Shown: positions 33,337 to 48,300 of the stretch, one piece after another
How the letters are laid out: every line of letters starts with the position of its first letter
Position numbering within the stretch: the first letter of the stretch is position 1
Assembly: GCA_963924565.1 (NCBI GenBank)
Contig: OZ004608.1
Location: forward strand, 11,780,001-11,844,000
Direction of reading: 5' to 3'
DNA from: Ascidiella aspersa
Taxonomy: Eukaryota
Length of the DNA stretch: 64,000 bases
Position numbers and translations under genes: made by a program
Notes under the pieces: model-generated
Told to the model about the DNA's origin: nothing
Seen by the model: the letters and a program-made list of their open reading frames with translations, nothing else
Databases searched by the model: none

Positions 33337-36300
33337 GACTTTTCGCTCGCTTTACTTCGCTTTTGTTTCTTCTTGGTATGCTGCTGGAGTCGTTTTACAA
33401 TCTGATACAATCCAGTGTGGCAACTTGCATGGTCGAATCGTAATACGCCAAGTGTAAGTTTCTATTCCAATGTGAAAATACACAAGTTCCAATATTTATA
33501 AAATTTCTTACTTATAAACTCTGGCAATTATTTGCTGAAAACAAACAAGTCAAAGTCAGACACAATACTCAATGTGTTTCAACTTTTAACAAAGCAGGCG
33601 TGCCAAACCCACAACCGCCTTGCAGCTCACAAACCAACTGACTAAACTGCTGTTCAAGTGTTTCCAATGTTTGTCAGAGTACGACTGGTTCCAACGACAC
33701 AGCGATAACTCTCAACCGCACAAGGTCTAAATCGAGAATGAAAATTGGCCTGCTGGTGGTGGCATGGTTTTCGAGCCGAGCCGGGAATTGTCATTACGGC
33801 CAATTATCCAGCGCGGCCCCGCAATTCCACCAAGCCTTTGCGGATGCCCGAGCAGCTCCTAACACGATGATCGCGTGCGCAAAATCGGCCAATTCGCTCG
33901 CATCGCAATTTAATTAAACATCGGCACTGGACCACCTAATTGCCGGTTAGACAGGCCGTCTCATAAAGGTTATCAAGGCTGACTCGAGCTAACCCTGAAG
34001 CGCTATCTCGACTTTACTGTATGGTTGTATATCGACTGTAAACAACACCGCTGTCCGTTTGAAACATAAGAGCTGCTGTGTCTGCTGCTCAACCGTCGCC
34101 TGTGTGCAACGAATGCTCGACTGGCGATGAAGCGAGAGGCGGTCCGTCGTCGTTCGTTGAACTATTGACCGACGTCAGGCGAGGGAAAAAGGCAGTCTCG
34201 AAACAATGGCGGACCGACGGACTCGCGTCTGCCTCGAACCGCAGGAAGCGCTCGCATCCTTTCCAACTGATAGCTAATTTTTTGGGCCTGGTATTTTCTT
34301 CCGAGAAAAACATGTAGCGGCGTTAGGGCGTTTTTTCCAGCAAGTTTGCGCGATCGGGGGGAATCACTTGTAAAAATAACAGCGATAAGATCGACTGATA
34401 ACAGGAGTAAGCGGAAAAGGTCGGGCGATTGGCGCAAACTGCAACCAGTCGATAAAGTCCTGGGAAACCTTTTACTAAAATATGCACACTGCATTATAAA
34501 GAAATCGTATAAACACCTCAAATAAGTGAACTAAAATATACGCTAATTTCGTCTGTAACATCGCTTTCTAAATAAAGACGAACACACTTATGATAGAAAC
34601 ACAGTTATAATCGCGAAAATCTATTCCTGATCTCCTCGGCTGATTGCAACAACATGCCGAAAATTGTAAATCAATTCGAGTAATTATCTCGATGAGTAAA
34701 GTCAGACTGTTTACCGTTAACTGACAACGCACATTTACCATCAAACTCATGGCAACGCGATTACTTTCTAAACAATGACATAACCCCACTCGTTATACAC
34801 TTACCCAACTATACGCATTACTCAACCTATATGTGCGCGCACTCGACAGAGCTCGATATCGGTCTAACTCGGTCAGCGCCGGGCCAGGAGCATTTAAAAC
34901 CGGACCTGTGTCAACACGGCGCAGGGCCAGCGGCAAGGGAAAGGGATTAGCGGCAATGGACTGTCTAACCAGTAAACACAAACCGACCCCTGTGCCGGGG
35001 ATATGCACGCCCGTTGAACTTAGCGAACTGCTGTGGCATCTTTCCATTAGCTTAAACGTAAACAAGCCCGGCTCGGACTCTCGAAGTATAGGGCCACGTG
35101 CGGGTTTTATCTCTCCATATACAGACGATTGGGGCCTGGAAATTAATTGGCGACGGATAGTCACTTTCACGGTCTTTTTCGCATTATAGCTGAAGCTTTC
35201 TGAGCAGACTCGAAGAAATCACAAGCCACGACCAGTCGACCACCCATAAAGGTACTTATGACGTTAATTTTTCTAACCAATTGAAAGTCTCATAGCGAAA
35301 GTTTTAAATGTATTCAATGTCATACAAACTTTTCAAACTGATTTAAAATAAACCTGCCTTTATGGGGATCAAACAGGTATATGCACATAACGCATAATAT
35401 CAAAACATCGGTTTAGTAATGGATCGGATTTGATTTCCACTTTTGGTGTGCGGTTTTAAATTAAAACGTGTGTTTGATGCGGATACTCAACGTTGCGGCT
35501 TGTTTGCAGAAGACAGCAGGATGTCGTTCGTGTCTTCGTACTTTGCTTTTTAAGCACCGCGCCGACCACAGAACGCAGGAAACAAGATTTTCGAGGAAAA
35601 GACATCTATTTGCGAACAGTCGCGGGGAGAAGGGGCATTAATTAGAGAAGTGAAAATCTCGTTTCTCTTGCTGAAGGATAGAGGATGTGACAAAGCAAAC
35701 TTTAGATCGTTCGGGTTCGTTTTGTAACATCAAAACAACGTTGATTGATTAAAAGCTGCAAAACAAAGTACAGCCAGATAAACCTAGAAACTCTGTGAGT
35801 ATTACATCTCATTCATAATTAGTTGGTAATAAATAAAATATATGCTTTGCTTAAAATTAATAACTAACCTAAGAGCAGCAACCAAAACCGGTAAAATTTA
35901 TCTATCTCGCCCATAGCCACATACAACGTGTCCAGAAGCTCACCGACACGACACCTTTTCGGGCTCTAAACGGCTGTCGGTTTTTGCACGGAACATGCGC
36001 GCACCGGGCGAAGTACGCGATCCGCGAGTGTTTTGTTTACATCAACCGCTTCCGCTGGGCTCTGAACGCCTTTGCCACCGTCAGCGATGCGTTATCAGGC
36101 CGCGAGGACACGGCGACAATAAAAGGCTTTACATTTCGTCAAAACAAACTCGAAAAAAAAACCCGCGCGCGAATAGCGACTCGGAAATAATAAAACGCAG
36201 CCTGAAACGTTTGTAAATAACCGGATCAGACGGGTAAGGTTTGGATCAATGGTTTTGCCTTGTGTGCAGGAAAATGTGATCGCGCTAGGCAAAGCGCGAG

Positions 36301-39300
36301 GTATTCTCTCGACGCTCAGGATTTCCGCTGACGCTGTGGATTAAATGTCGGCAGGAAGCGCGGTGAATATAAACCAAGGCGTTTTTTAGCCTCTAAGGTT
36401 TGCTGGCACTAACCGAAATAAATCACGCGCATTTCACGCAACGCCATTATTTTGGGCTTCATCTATGGAAGATGACTGGCGAAAACTATTATTAGATTTG
36501 TAAAAGTTTTTTTTAATACCAAATATGAGAGACTACCATCCAAAAGGAACGGTCCTGTAGAAATCCTGACGGAGCCAAAATGCAATACAGTGACATACGG
36601 AAAAGTTGTAGACGCCCTAACTTATATTTGATACTCAAGTCCCCAGAGCCAGCAGACCACCGGCGAGTGTTGTATCGCGACTGTTTGCCTTGTTTGTGTT
36701 GTCAGCAGCCTTATCACAGCCGACGTGGGGCTGCGGCGTTTCTACAGTGCTCAGCGACATCCCTTACAAAACAAATCATGACATAAGAAGGGACGGCGGC
36801 TGCGGCGAGGGGTGGCCGGCGATGATTTGCAGAGTAAAGTTTACGCGCGTTGTCGGCAACATGAACCGGGAAGCGCTGATCGAACCTGATTCAATTACGC
36901 GGCTCGTCTTGCGTAAATGGCCTTCACAAAAGGTGCTCTTATTTGTGCGCGTTAATTGCCCATTAAGCGAACACAACATGACCAGTGCTTGTACACGAGC
37001 GCGCGCCCGCCCGCCCGCCTTCCCATTACGGCGTGTTTTTCGCCGTGCAGAGAAAAAACACCGAAACCGTAAAGAAAGCGAGACTGACAAGCGTGAGGGA
37101 AGTGCGGTCGCGATGTTGGCAAACACGACGCAGCTTGAAGAATACACAGGGATGCCGGGGCGACTCGTGATCGCTGTGGGTCTAAAACAACACCAACTCA
37201 AATCGACAAACACTCGGCTGGAAGGCAGCACGGGCGAGATAGACAGTAAACGGGCTCTAAGTCTAGATGACCGATCCCCCGTCCTAGCGCCTTTTCACGG
37301 CCCCCTCATACGCACCGTTAGTTTGGGGCGCGTAGATAAGGCTAAGGAGCCAGCAAACAGCCAAGTTGCGGCGCGGGTCAAGTGCTGTGGTCACCCTGGA
37401 ACTCACTCGCGCCCGCCAGTGCATCGATTTTCCATTAGCGGCGAAAAATCAAGTGCAGTAAGCCTGCGCTTGCTTCGCCACTTGTCCCCTACTCTCTGTT
37501 TGGCAAAAGGTTGCTGCTGCGGCGACAAGGGCTTTACGGCAGTTTTCCTATAAGGTTACAAACGGCGGATACACAAAGAACCGCCAGACAGTTTAGCTTC
37601 TGCATTGTTCCTTCAACAGTCAACTGCTCTTCAAACACCACTTACGGAAATACAAGAGGGTAGTGCTTTAGGCCCAATTAACATCGTTTACATTAGAATA
37701 TAACAGACGTTTTTTTAACTGAAGACGATACAAACTCGTATCGAAACGTCTTAATCAAGATAATGTCGATCTACTAGACCTTTTTGGCTTGGTAATTCAT
37801 TATCACGCTACATTACAGATCCGTACATAGTGTACCCATTACCCAAGACTGTTTTTTATTCCTGCATTTCCGCTGTAAATCACACAGAGTCATTTATCCT
37901 AACAAAAGTGTTTGTTATTCATCTATGTATTTCAACAATTTTACTCCTTTGCATGAGAAATGGAATGATTATAAGACCACAAAGGCAAAGCGCCGGCAAT
38001 CGGTACCCACTGCTCCCAATAGATTCCCAGTAAACGTAACATACACCGAATAGCACATATAGGTGCATTGTATCCGAGCTATGCTGCCATGCCACAATAA
38101 GTTGGAACGGTTTCCTGGCTTAACGCGCTGTTAACGCTCTGCGCACAATTCTCTCATCGGCTGACAATGGAAAATCAAAAGGCCCTATCATAATGGACTT
38201 GGGCGCTGCGTAAACACTGTACCTGTCAAATCTAGTTATTAACTTCGTGTTCATCGAGCAAGCGAACGGACAAAATACAGCCTTGCTGTGCATAATCCCG
38301 TGGACATGCTCAAAGCACATTCTCCTGATTTTAAGTGTGTTTTACTAATTGTTAGGTCAAGCTCCATTGTGGTTTCTTAGAAAAGAAATTTCTCGAGTGA
38401 GCTGACAACTAGCTTTGTTCGAGTACTTTTCTTAAGCCATTATGTTGAAATAACCGGTCTTTCCACCTTTATAGCATATACCTTTAACATTTAGATATTC
38501 AAAGAATTAAACCGCCTAACAAAAACATACCAGCACTTGCGACACGGGACCCAACAACACCATCAGCGATACTGTAGGAATGGGGGAACTGAACAGGCCT
38601 CTGTTTGGCGTTCGTTCAACCAACAAGAAAAACATTATTCTGCCAAAGAAACCATTCACGGCCACAAGTTCGGCATAATGTCGCCATTCAAGGAGTCGAG
38701 TTTCGCGCGATTGGCACTCATTCAAGCGAGCCGTTGGACGACTAAGCGAATAAAAAAACAAATATCACGAAACGGGAATAAAAGCGAGCAAATTACGTCA
38801 TCCGGTGGCATATGAGCGTCAAATTAAAGCAGTATTTCTAAGCGCTGCTGTAGGATATTATAAAGTTTAAATTGAAAAATAAAATCTTTGTCATGCCTAT
38901 GATCGTCAACAGAATAAAGAGCCGTGAGTTGGTCTCAAAGGAGTTTAATTAGCCGGTTTTTAAGGCCAAAGGCTGACGGATGCCTTGAGGGCCGGCTGCT
39001 TAGATAAAGGCCGCGAAAGCTGGCTAGCAATGCATTAGTGATAACGTGTGTGGGGCGCACTTAACGACATGGAAATGAATGTCGAAATCGGTCTCGCGGT
39101 CGCAGCAACGAGGCCCGGGCGACAGACTCATCAACGGGGCAGACGCAAGCGCGCTAACAAGCGATTGTGTAACGCACGGCTACGAGGCCATTGTCAAAGA
39201 GACAGGAAGGCAACAATTAACTTCGAATTAGCCGACGCCGGAGCGCTGCCGTTGCGGCCGTGTACCATGCAGACCGGCGGCTGCAGCCCGCCCGCGAATG

Positions 39301-42300
39301 CGGTGATCTCCCCGAGGTCTGCAGCCGGCCCGGGCTCCGGACTCTGCCCGTTGTGATAATTGGACGCGCGTGCGTAGGGGTGGCCCGGGGCGCCCGGCCG
39401 ACATCCGCCAGCACAACTCTGCTCGCACCTAAGTTGCAAACGGCACCGTAAGGGCGCCCTGAAAATTAGCCCCTCGCCGTGGCGAAGGCTAATCCGACTT
39501 CAAAGCCCGCCACACGGGAAGTCCTAATTGGAGCAAAAACACGTCCTCTTTATTGAAGAGCACGCCCAGGTTGCATTATTATCGGATTGGATCGAAATAC
39601 TCGGCTGTTCACCGATTTTTACAACTCTCAACGACAATTCGATTTTTCACATCACACACACATTCAAGTTTGGAAGTTCATTTGAAAAACACGACAATCT
39701 AGCAAGTGGAAAACACTTTTAGGTCTGTACTTTCTGAAGTTTAAGTGAACCAAGATTTGAAAAGTGATAAAAAATTTAAAGCTCCCTTTGTATCGGTGTG
39801 CACGTGCTGCTTTGGCCGAACCACTTTAGCCCAGCACAACAGTTTCACAAATATCACGCAAACAGCGGACTTAACGCAGGTATGACGTATGTACACACCA
39901 TACCTCGGCAGCATTTTCACCAAAAAGGGAGAGGGTGTGGCTAAGGAATCGATATGGCGGCGATGTAAACAGGACCGACTGTTGTCGTATCTTACGCTGT
40001 CTTATCTTAAGTTACCCTGAAAATCGGTTTAAAGCGGACTGTGTTTTGCGAGCGCGCGGTAACTTTAAACGGGTGCGGTGGGCAATATCCCGAGCTTTAC
40101 CGCGGCCAAAGATTCTCTTATACCACGGTAAGTAGCTGAAGGCGTCAATCTATCCACTTAATTTCGAGCAAATCGCTGCAATCCGAAAGCCGGTGACGAT
40201 GCTTGTACGTCAGAGAGGCCGCTGTATCCATAACATAATGACAGGCTGGCCAAGATGAACTGCAATTCCTCCATGCCGCGTACAAAAGACGCTGTCAAAC
40301 AACGCGCAGGCAAGCCAGGCGAAATCGAGGACGATTTAAGCGCATTAGAGCCATCGAGAAGTGTGGCAATTAGCAGAGCGGCAGGTTTGTAATCAGTTCG
40401 CCTCGAAACCGCATATTGCAGCGAAACGATTAAGTCTTCGCAGCACATTGGTAGATTACAAGGTGCCCGGCCTGTGATTTTCGCCTTGTAAGAACGCGCC
40501 GACAGTCTAACTACAGCCTTGCGCGGCCCTGATCGGCCGCCGCCGCGATTTGATTCCCTGATGGGCCAGGTGTCAGTAATGTGTATGTGAAGGCGTGGGC
40601 GACGACGGGAACTTTAAATTACATCTTGGACACGGGTTGTTCGCCTGGCAGCAGCGGTCATCGGAGGTCGCCGCAAAATTTTACACGGAAACAAGATTTT
40701 AAACCGATGTTTATCAAAGCAAGTTTCGTATCTGTGTCAGCAAAATTTACTTAAATGGCGTCCTTGAAAGTCAAGTCACCGTTAACCACTAAAAGGTGCT
40801 CAAACGGGAGCGCAGTTAAGGCGGTGGCCAATTTGGCAGTATTACCTTCCTGGTAAACGGGCGCAAATATAGCTGCGTTTACACCAATTTGCACCTGTGA
40901 GTCAAGTTTTATTGGCAGCCAAAACCTCCCAGTGGGGTATCGGCTCAGCATTAGAAACGCACCAAATTTGGAGTATTTTGCGGGCATTAAAATCACGAGG
41001 ATTTAAACCAAATGGGGAGCTGGCACACGTGCGACCGTTTCTGTGAATACGCACAGCTTGTAATCCGAAAACGTTAATCTGAAAGAAAAACATAAACAGC
41101 GCATAGAAGCACTTTTGCCGGATTCCTGTCAACATGTTTACGCAGCGGTTTATCCGAACGCCGTTTCACGACTTACAACATCAATCGGCGAATAATGGTA
41201 ACGCAAACTCAAAAGTAGCAAGATTCCGAAAACCGACGCGTTTTACGATGTTTACCTCGCTTTCCATGAATCACACAGGGCCTGGGAGAACGGTTTGTCG
41301 GAGAGGAATGGGTATTTCACCAGTTTCTTATTCACCAGTTTTAAAAACCTCCTTTTTATGATGTAGTTTTTTATCATTAACTGATTGAAACCCTTATGAT
41401 ACAACAGTGCACTGTTTCTGCTGTTGTTGCCAGGAAAAAAACCTATACACACACAAATTAACACCCCGTTTCTTTAAGGGATAAATGTATAAAATAGCCC
41501 TGGACGTTTTAAAAATGGAAAAGTCTTAGTTGGAACAACAAATAAATTGAGTTTACACAAACGTGGTTGCAATGAGTGATATATGTGATCCTTTTTGTGT
41601 GTTCTGTCTAGTGTTTTCATCACTATTTGTGGTAAAACACACCCTCCTGCATATTCGAGTATAAGACAGCGGGAAAAACTTAATAGAACTTGTATACCCC
41701 TCACTTCGCTGAAGTAAGGCGCCCCTAGAACCAATGACCACTGGCAGCCGAGTGCAAACTCGTTATTTGCCGATCAGTTTTAACTCCCGCTAAACGAGCA
41801 AATAAAAACAAATCAACATACGGTGTTGGTGATCTTATCCGATCACTGCAAACACGTTGAACGGGCGTCGAAAGCTAAAAAATAGTGCAGGGCCGGCGGC
41901 GATGCGGGGGACATTAAACTCGTAACGAGTCACCGGCGGACGCATTTGTGACGTACGCGGGCATTGTTACGTCATAACGGCGAAAGGTAAAGCAGCGCTG
42001 TTTGTTCTTGTCTGCCTATGTTTGACCGCCTCTCATCTATATGTGAGCCATCGCGTTTTAAGGCCATGTTTCGGTAATTAGAAGCCATTAGTTGCTACTG
42101 CGAGCTCTGACGCGCAAACACAGCCTTGTGTTGGATCAGCTTGTTGTGGGTAAGGGGTGGAACGGGGGCATGTCCCTTCTCACAACCACAACAATTGCTA
42201 CGACAGCCCTACTCCAACAAAACGTTGTCAACTTGCGCGTATGCTTGTGTCAAATCGACTTTTGAGGCCAATAGCGGCCTGGGAGACTGCTTCACATTTA

Positions 42301-45300
42301 CAGCTCGATGCTTCGAGTAGCCCACTTACCGTCAACTCTTTGGTTTGTGATTAACGATATGTTCAGCCTAACACGGAAAACACAAGCCCCAGAACTGCAA
42401 ACTGACTATACCGCCAAACCGACCGACTGAGTATCGCCCTTGATCGATTTTCAGCAGAGTACACGATATTGTTCACCATACAAATGACCGTTAATAGGTC
42501 ATAATGATGAAAGGTATATATTTACATCTTCGATATTATTTCAATCTCAATAGCCTTGTATAAATACTGTGTTAGGCCCCACAAATTTTTCATGCTTGTG
42601 AAAAGCAACCAAGAGTATCAGTTCGGTGTTATGAAACGTTGAAATGCCCAAAGTGCATGGTTCAGAAAGTTCGCCAGGCATAAGTTTAGCGGGCCCGACA
42701 GAAATGAGGTAATGCTCCCGAACTGAATCGCAGCCATGCGCGTATTGTTTTGCCCGCATGCCCCAACAGAAAACAACCGCGCGCCAAAAATGCGATACGT
42801 TAAGGGCCGATCACTCTCACCAGGAGCAACTTAACACCGAAAAAAGTGCGGGAGAAGCTTAAACTAAACCGAGCAGTTTACTTGTTGTTGCGCAATCGCT
42901 CGCCTCCGACACTCGGGATTAGCGGCGGTGCGTGACCTGCAAAAGACGGCGGAGCCGGGTTTGTTGTGACTCGGTTAGGGGTGCGCGGAGCTGACTTGAA
43001 ACAGGCAAAGCAGCAGCCGGGTCAGGGACGCTTCACGGATCGTCTGCCCTGACTGGGAGAGCCATTGCGAGCTGGATTAGACGACAATAACGCGAACTGT
43101 GCGCCACGGCGCCATTTCGACCTCTCGGATCCCGCATCATTTCAACACCGGCCTTGAAGGTTGCTAATCTGCGGAACAAGAGACGCCGCGGCGAAGTTAT
43201 TGTCGGCCGCCAAAACATCACAACAGCAGCGAAAAGGCGTCCGCGCAGAGAAGGAGAAAATACCTTGGGCGCCCCACGTATATGCTATAAACCCGGAACC
43301 AGTAGTTTATACAGAGCTCGCAACCGCCTGTTGGTCCGTAAAGCCGCGCGAATGATTCACGTCCTCCCAATAGTCGCAAAAACACCGGTTTTGTGTGCCA
43401 GGCAATGGGGGCTTAGAGGGGGTGGAGCTATTGTTGCATGCGCTGTGTCCACACGCGACAAGGATTGTTGTTATTGCGTCCCAGCGCCAAGGAGCAGTGG
43501 TGGCGTGCCGTGTGCCCATCGGTCCACATCAAAACACCGCTTGGCGGCCGGCCTTACGTCAGTTTCCGGTGTCGCACAGACTTTATCCTCAAGTATGTGA
43601 GCCTTGCGGTAGGACAGCTTAAAAAGCCAAGCTACAGGCGCCAGGCTCTATCGTTTCGCGCCTGTTTTCACACTTCGGTCAGTTATCGTTGCCCCTTCAA
43701 AAACCACCCAACTGGTAAGAAAGCGGCGCCATGTCCAGAGTCGGTTTCGCTGGGAGTGGTCATAAGAAATGACCGGCTCTACGCTTCTGTAAACTATATA
43801 TATACATGTATGAGTGGCTTTGAAAGGAGGCAAAAGTATGCGGTCGCGTCCCCGGGGCCCTGACAGACGTGGAGCCAAGCGACGGGGAAGGCTTAGCGCC
43901 AACAGCGAAAATCACGTAAGGGAATAAACGGAGCAGAAAATCAAATGGTACCGCGCTTTTTTGTATCCCTTTAACAGCGAGCGATGTATGTAGCGCGCCG
44001 GGGTCTATTTGCTTTTCTCACCGGCCCCTGTATGAGGCCCCTCTAGCTTGGAAAGCCCGCCGGAGCATTGAGTGATCGCCGTGAGGTTTCTCAGCGAAGA
44101 AGCTCAGCTAATTCGCGGTGCATTTCGCTCGAAGCCGAATGGCCAAATTTCACGGCCATTTTTAAGGCACCGGGCTCCTTTTTATACTTTTCCCAGACCA
44201 TTATACCGGGCCACAGCTGGAGCACATTTTGGGGCAATTTTTTGAAGTTGTCAACGTGCATAAACAAACGAACGAAATGGAATATAAAAATAGGTTGATT
44301 CGTTATAGATTGTCCATGAAACTTGGCTCATTGGATTGGTGCAAAATGCCTCACGAACTAGCTGAGCCTCTTCATCGAGAAACCTCACAGCGTGTAATTT
44401 CTTCGAACTGTATGGTTAGTAGTATGGGTAAGCACATCTAAATATATTTGTGGGTTTATTTATCGGGTAGATTTTCACTATTCTTGTATTTTTTATAGTT
44501 CACTTTATATATAAGCATTATTTAACCGGTAAGCTCCGGAAACAATCCTGAAAACATAGGCCCGACAAGGGCTAAACGTTAAGACTAAGCTAGACAGACA
44601 TAACTTTTAAATGTGCGTCTCTTTTCCCAATCGTGTTACTGTTGGATTCAATGGCACTGTCGGATTTTAATCGTACTTTTCTATCCGGTTAATGGAACCC
44701 TGGACGGACACAGGGCACACATGTCCTATTGAAAAATATAGCTTCAAACAGAGTTTTGGGTCCATGATTTCCGTATTACGTGCAGCTGGTGACTTGACGT
44801 TCCGTCCCCGAGCTCGCAAACTGTTCTGTTTAATTGGTGGGAAACTTTGAACGTTTGCGAATTACCGCTGTCACGATGCCGCGTTTAAGGGTTCGGGGTC
44901 CACCACTTCCTCACGACGACACACCGAAACTATTTCTACGACACCCGCAAGGGCTTCAACTAAATTCCATACAGGGGCACATAATATAGCCGCGAACATA
45001 ATGGATGGAGTAAAAATTTGAAAGCCAATTTAGAAGTATAGGTGGCATGTTTAACGTTTCGAGTATTCATGGTGAATATGGGCTCTGATATTCTTACTAT
45101 AGTTCGAATACTTTCAAGCTATTTTTTAATGAACAATACGGTTAACAACAAAGTTCCTACATTCGTTAACAATTTGTTGTGGCAAAGCGCTCCCTTTTTA
45201 ATTGTTTTTTGCATGCAAGGAATGGCAGCAAGCCCACTGACAGCAAATATAAAACTTGTACCAGGGGCTCAGGGATCCCATCAAAACATTTTGACCACCC

Positions 45301-48300
45301 TCGAAGGCTGACCGGGCGTTGGGCGAGTTCGCCACGGAAAAACTTATCAAAGTTGAAACGTGGAAAATATTCGACCTGCGGGCGGTCGCGGGTGAAGGGT
45401 GCGGCCCAGCGCCGAGGTGTGATTGGAATGCCGGAGCGAGCGCAAATAACTTCCTCCTGTTTTGTGGGCGGCACGAGCGCCGGCCTCGGCAACGTCGGTC
45501 ACATGTGCCTAATTGCCCCTAAACTGCAGCGTTCGGATCGCAAAACGCATACTCGGCACCGGTAATCGCACTCCTGTAAAGTACACGCTGCGGCTTGTAG
45601 CCCGTGCTTTCTCACGGCCTGACTTCCTTCGGCCTAGCAGTTAGGCGCGCGCAATTAAGGCCTAATTGGACAGGATCATGCCTGAGGACTGGGTCAGCTT
45701 CAGTTCAGCCCTTCGGCCGACAATGACTGCCTTGCGTTACGCAGCGCCGAAGGCTCTTGGTTTTCAAATCTTAAATACTTATAAAGGGCCCTCTAAGAGT
45801 GTAATGAATGCCCCGGCCATAAGTTCTTTAACTGCGCATGTTTATGTGTAATATGGAGCACTATAGTGATCGTGAGTTATAATTAAAGCCAGACAATGGC
45901 TCTTTCGGCCGGAGGTCGCTTTTGTGGCGAACGGCAATTAAAAGTCCGCATTTAGCCGCAAAGAAAAGGTCACGGCAATTAACGCGTCGAAAACTCGGCA
46001 TATTTTCGTCCAATTACAAATATAAAGTAAGTACACAAACTCCACTCGAAAGCCGTCAAAATAAAGCTGAAGGAGGATTTGTGAAAATCTGAAAGCAATT
46101 TTAATTTCTCGATTATAGTGTTTCCGGTTTGTACACAGAGGCTTGTTTGACAACTAAAGTATGACCAACGCTAAAGTTAGAATCTGATTACCTCATGTTT
46201 TTGCACTGCGAACCGCCCCACTGAAATACCTGTCTCGATAGTTTATAATTACGTTCGAGCACATGTAGACTCGTTGATGAGAGCATACGAGATTATATTT
46301 GGAACGTATTACACGCACCGTATACGAAACGTTTAGCGTTTGATGTTATCTACAGAGGAAACTATCTGGATATAAAATCAGCTATTTTAAGAACAAAAAT
46401 CCCACATCTTACTACAATTGCAATATGTTCTGTATTTGCGCCAAAAGTGACTCACGCCTTTTTCTCGCATTCGCAAGCGAACGACGATGCCGTGATGCTA
46501 TCTCGGCATAAATTCAAAGCGAAAAAGGAATACGAAAACGACCAAGTCGCCTAATTAATTACTGCACGCTTTCATTGGCGTTGTTGGCCGAATAAGAAGG
46601 TCGCCTTGTCTCCCCGACAAACAAAAGACACCAAAGGTAAAAACAACAATCTCTTTGGCGACCCCGCGTGTCGCCGCGGAACAGTAGTCGCGGAATACGC
46701 AGCGTCATGGAACAATGGCTTATTGTGACGTACGGTGTCAAGGGCGCATCTGAAGGGCGCTCGACCGTCCAACGATCCAGCTTTGTCAAGAGCCCCGAGA
46801 TAAACGAGCCCCTTGCAACAACAACGTTTCGGCTGACAAGCGCAATGCCATCAGCCTTGGCACCAATTCAGCAGGCGGGGAGAGGATATAAACTATTCTC
46901 GGGTTCCACTGACGACTGTATGGGTAGGGGCGGCCAGACGGGCGCTAAAATCACTCTCAAACACCATCACAAAACAACGATTATGACGTAAGAGGAGGTA
47001 GTAAGAGGGTGACTGTGCGTTGGGACGAGGGGCAGAGCGCCACAGTGGCCAGGCCCAAAGGCCTAGGTCAAAACAAACAGCGCATAAGTTAATCCACGGT
47101 CGTTTGGCTTTCGAGCGGCTATTTATATTCGAACGGAAATGGAAACCGTTTACATAACTGAGGAAAACTTTTGTGTCGGATCAAATTGTGTCGAGGGATT
47201 ACAGTGGCATTGAATGGCGTATGTACAAGCTCTCACTTATACATTTACATAGGGGTTGGGCAAATATGACTCGCGGCTACTATAACGGCAAACGTACAGC
47301 TCCATTGGCGTAAGCTCTTGTGCCACGATATTTGAATGGCACAGAAGCTAAACGCTGTTGCGTCAATGTTGCTATGGCAACAGTGTTCGGTGGCGTCGTT
47401 TAAATACGTTTGACAGAAGGCATAAACGTCTGCTTGTTTAGAATCGTTATCAAGTTAAGGTTTTTTTTGGAGAATTTATATTATAGTGAACTGTTTTACA
47501 TATCCTACACTTTGTAATTCGGAAATCAAAAGGTTGTTTTTCTCTTACATTAATTTTGTTTTCTCCAAATCTTAATATGCTAGCGTTGAGGCCACTACAG
47601 GTCGTACTTAACAAGTATGCACAAAGTAATCAGATACAACACCTCACATGACGTAATTCAACGCCCCAAACAAAGACAAGCCATGTAGTGTCCGGTGGTG
47701 TTTTAGTGGAGATACACATTACGACCGGGTGAGCTAAATCGGGATTCAGGAAAACGGTTTGCTTGGCAGTTCTGTTACAATTCCTCTCCGTGCCATAGGG
47801 CGAGCGCTCGGCGCCCATCAATCAATCGTTGCAGCGGCCCGAAGGTCGTAAAGGTTACGAGCAGTCGGTGTGTAATTGCTTGTTCTACAACAACTGCGCA
47901 AATCACTGCCTGGCGCCCGCAGCGGGCATTTTTCACTTTGCGCGAGCGACGAGCGACGTTTCGGCTAAGGTTCGCCTGCTGTATTTCCTGCCGGTCGTCA
48001 CAGACCCGCCGTCGCCGCCCGCGCTCCTAACGCGACGACAGAGTTGCAATGTGGAGCGGCGGCGTCCGAAAAACACCGCATGATTTATTTACCAGCAAGC
48101 GCGAAATTACAGTAGAACATCGAAACGACCTTTTGTTTTTGCTTTCAGGGTATAGATGTGAGTGTATACGAAAAACTACGTTTCGAGATGACCTTACCGA
48201 TAACCTACACGGTTTCCATCACTTGTCAAACAATTTGAGCTAAGCGAAAAGGTGTTGCGATTAAAAATTGATTACAATTCGCCAAGGCGGTGTCTCGTCA

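Noticed and set aside
36690-37553. 287-aa plus-strand ORF, the longest unexplained one
   Set aside because: Non-ATG start, R/S/A-rich composition typical of GC-rich non-coding DNA, no recognisable domain; a homology search would settle it
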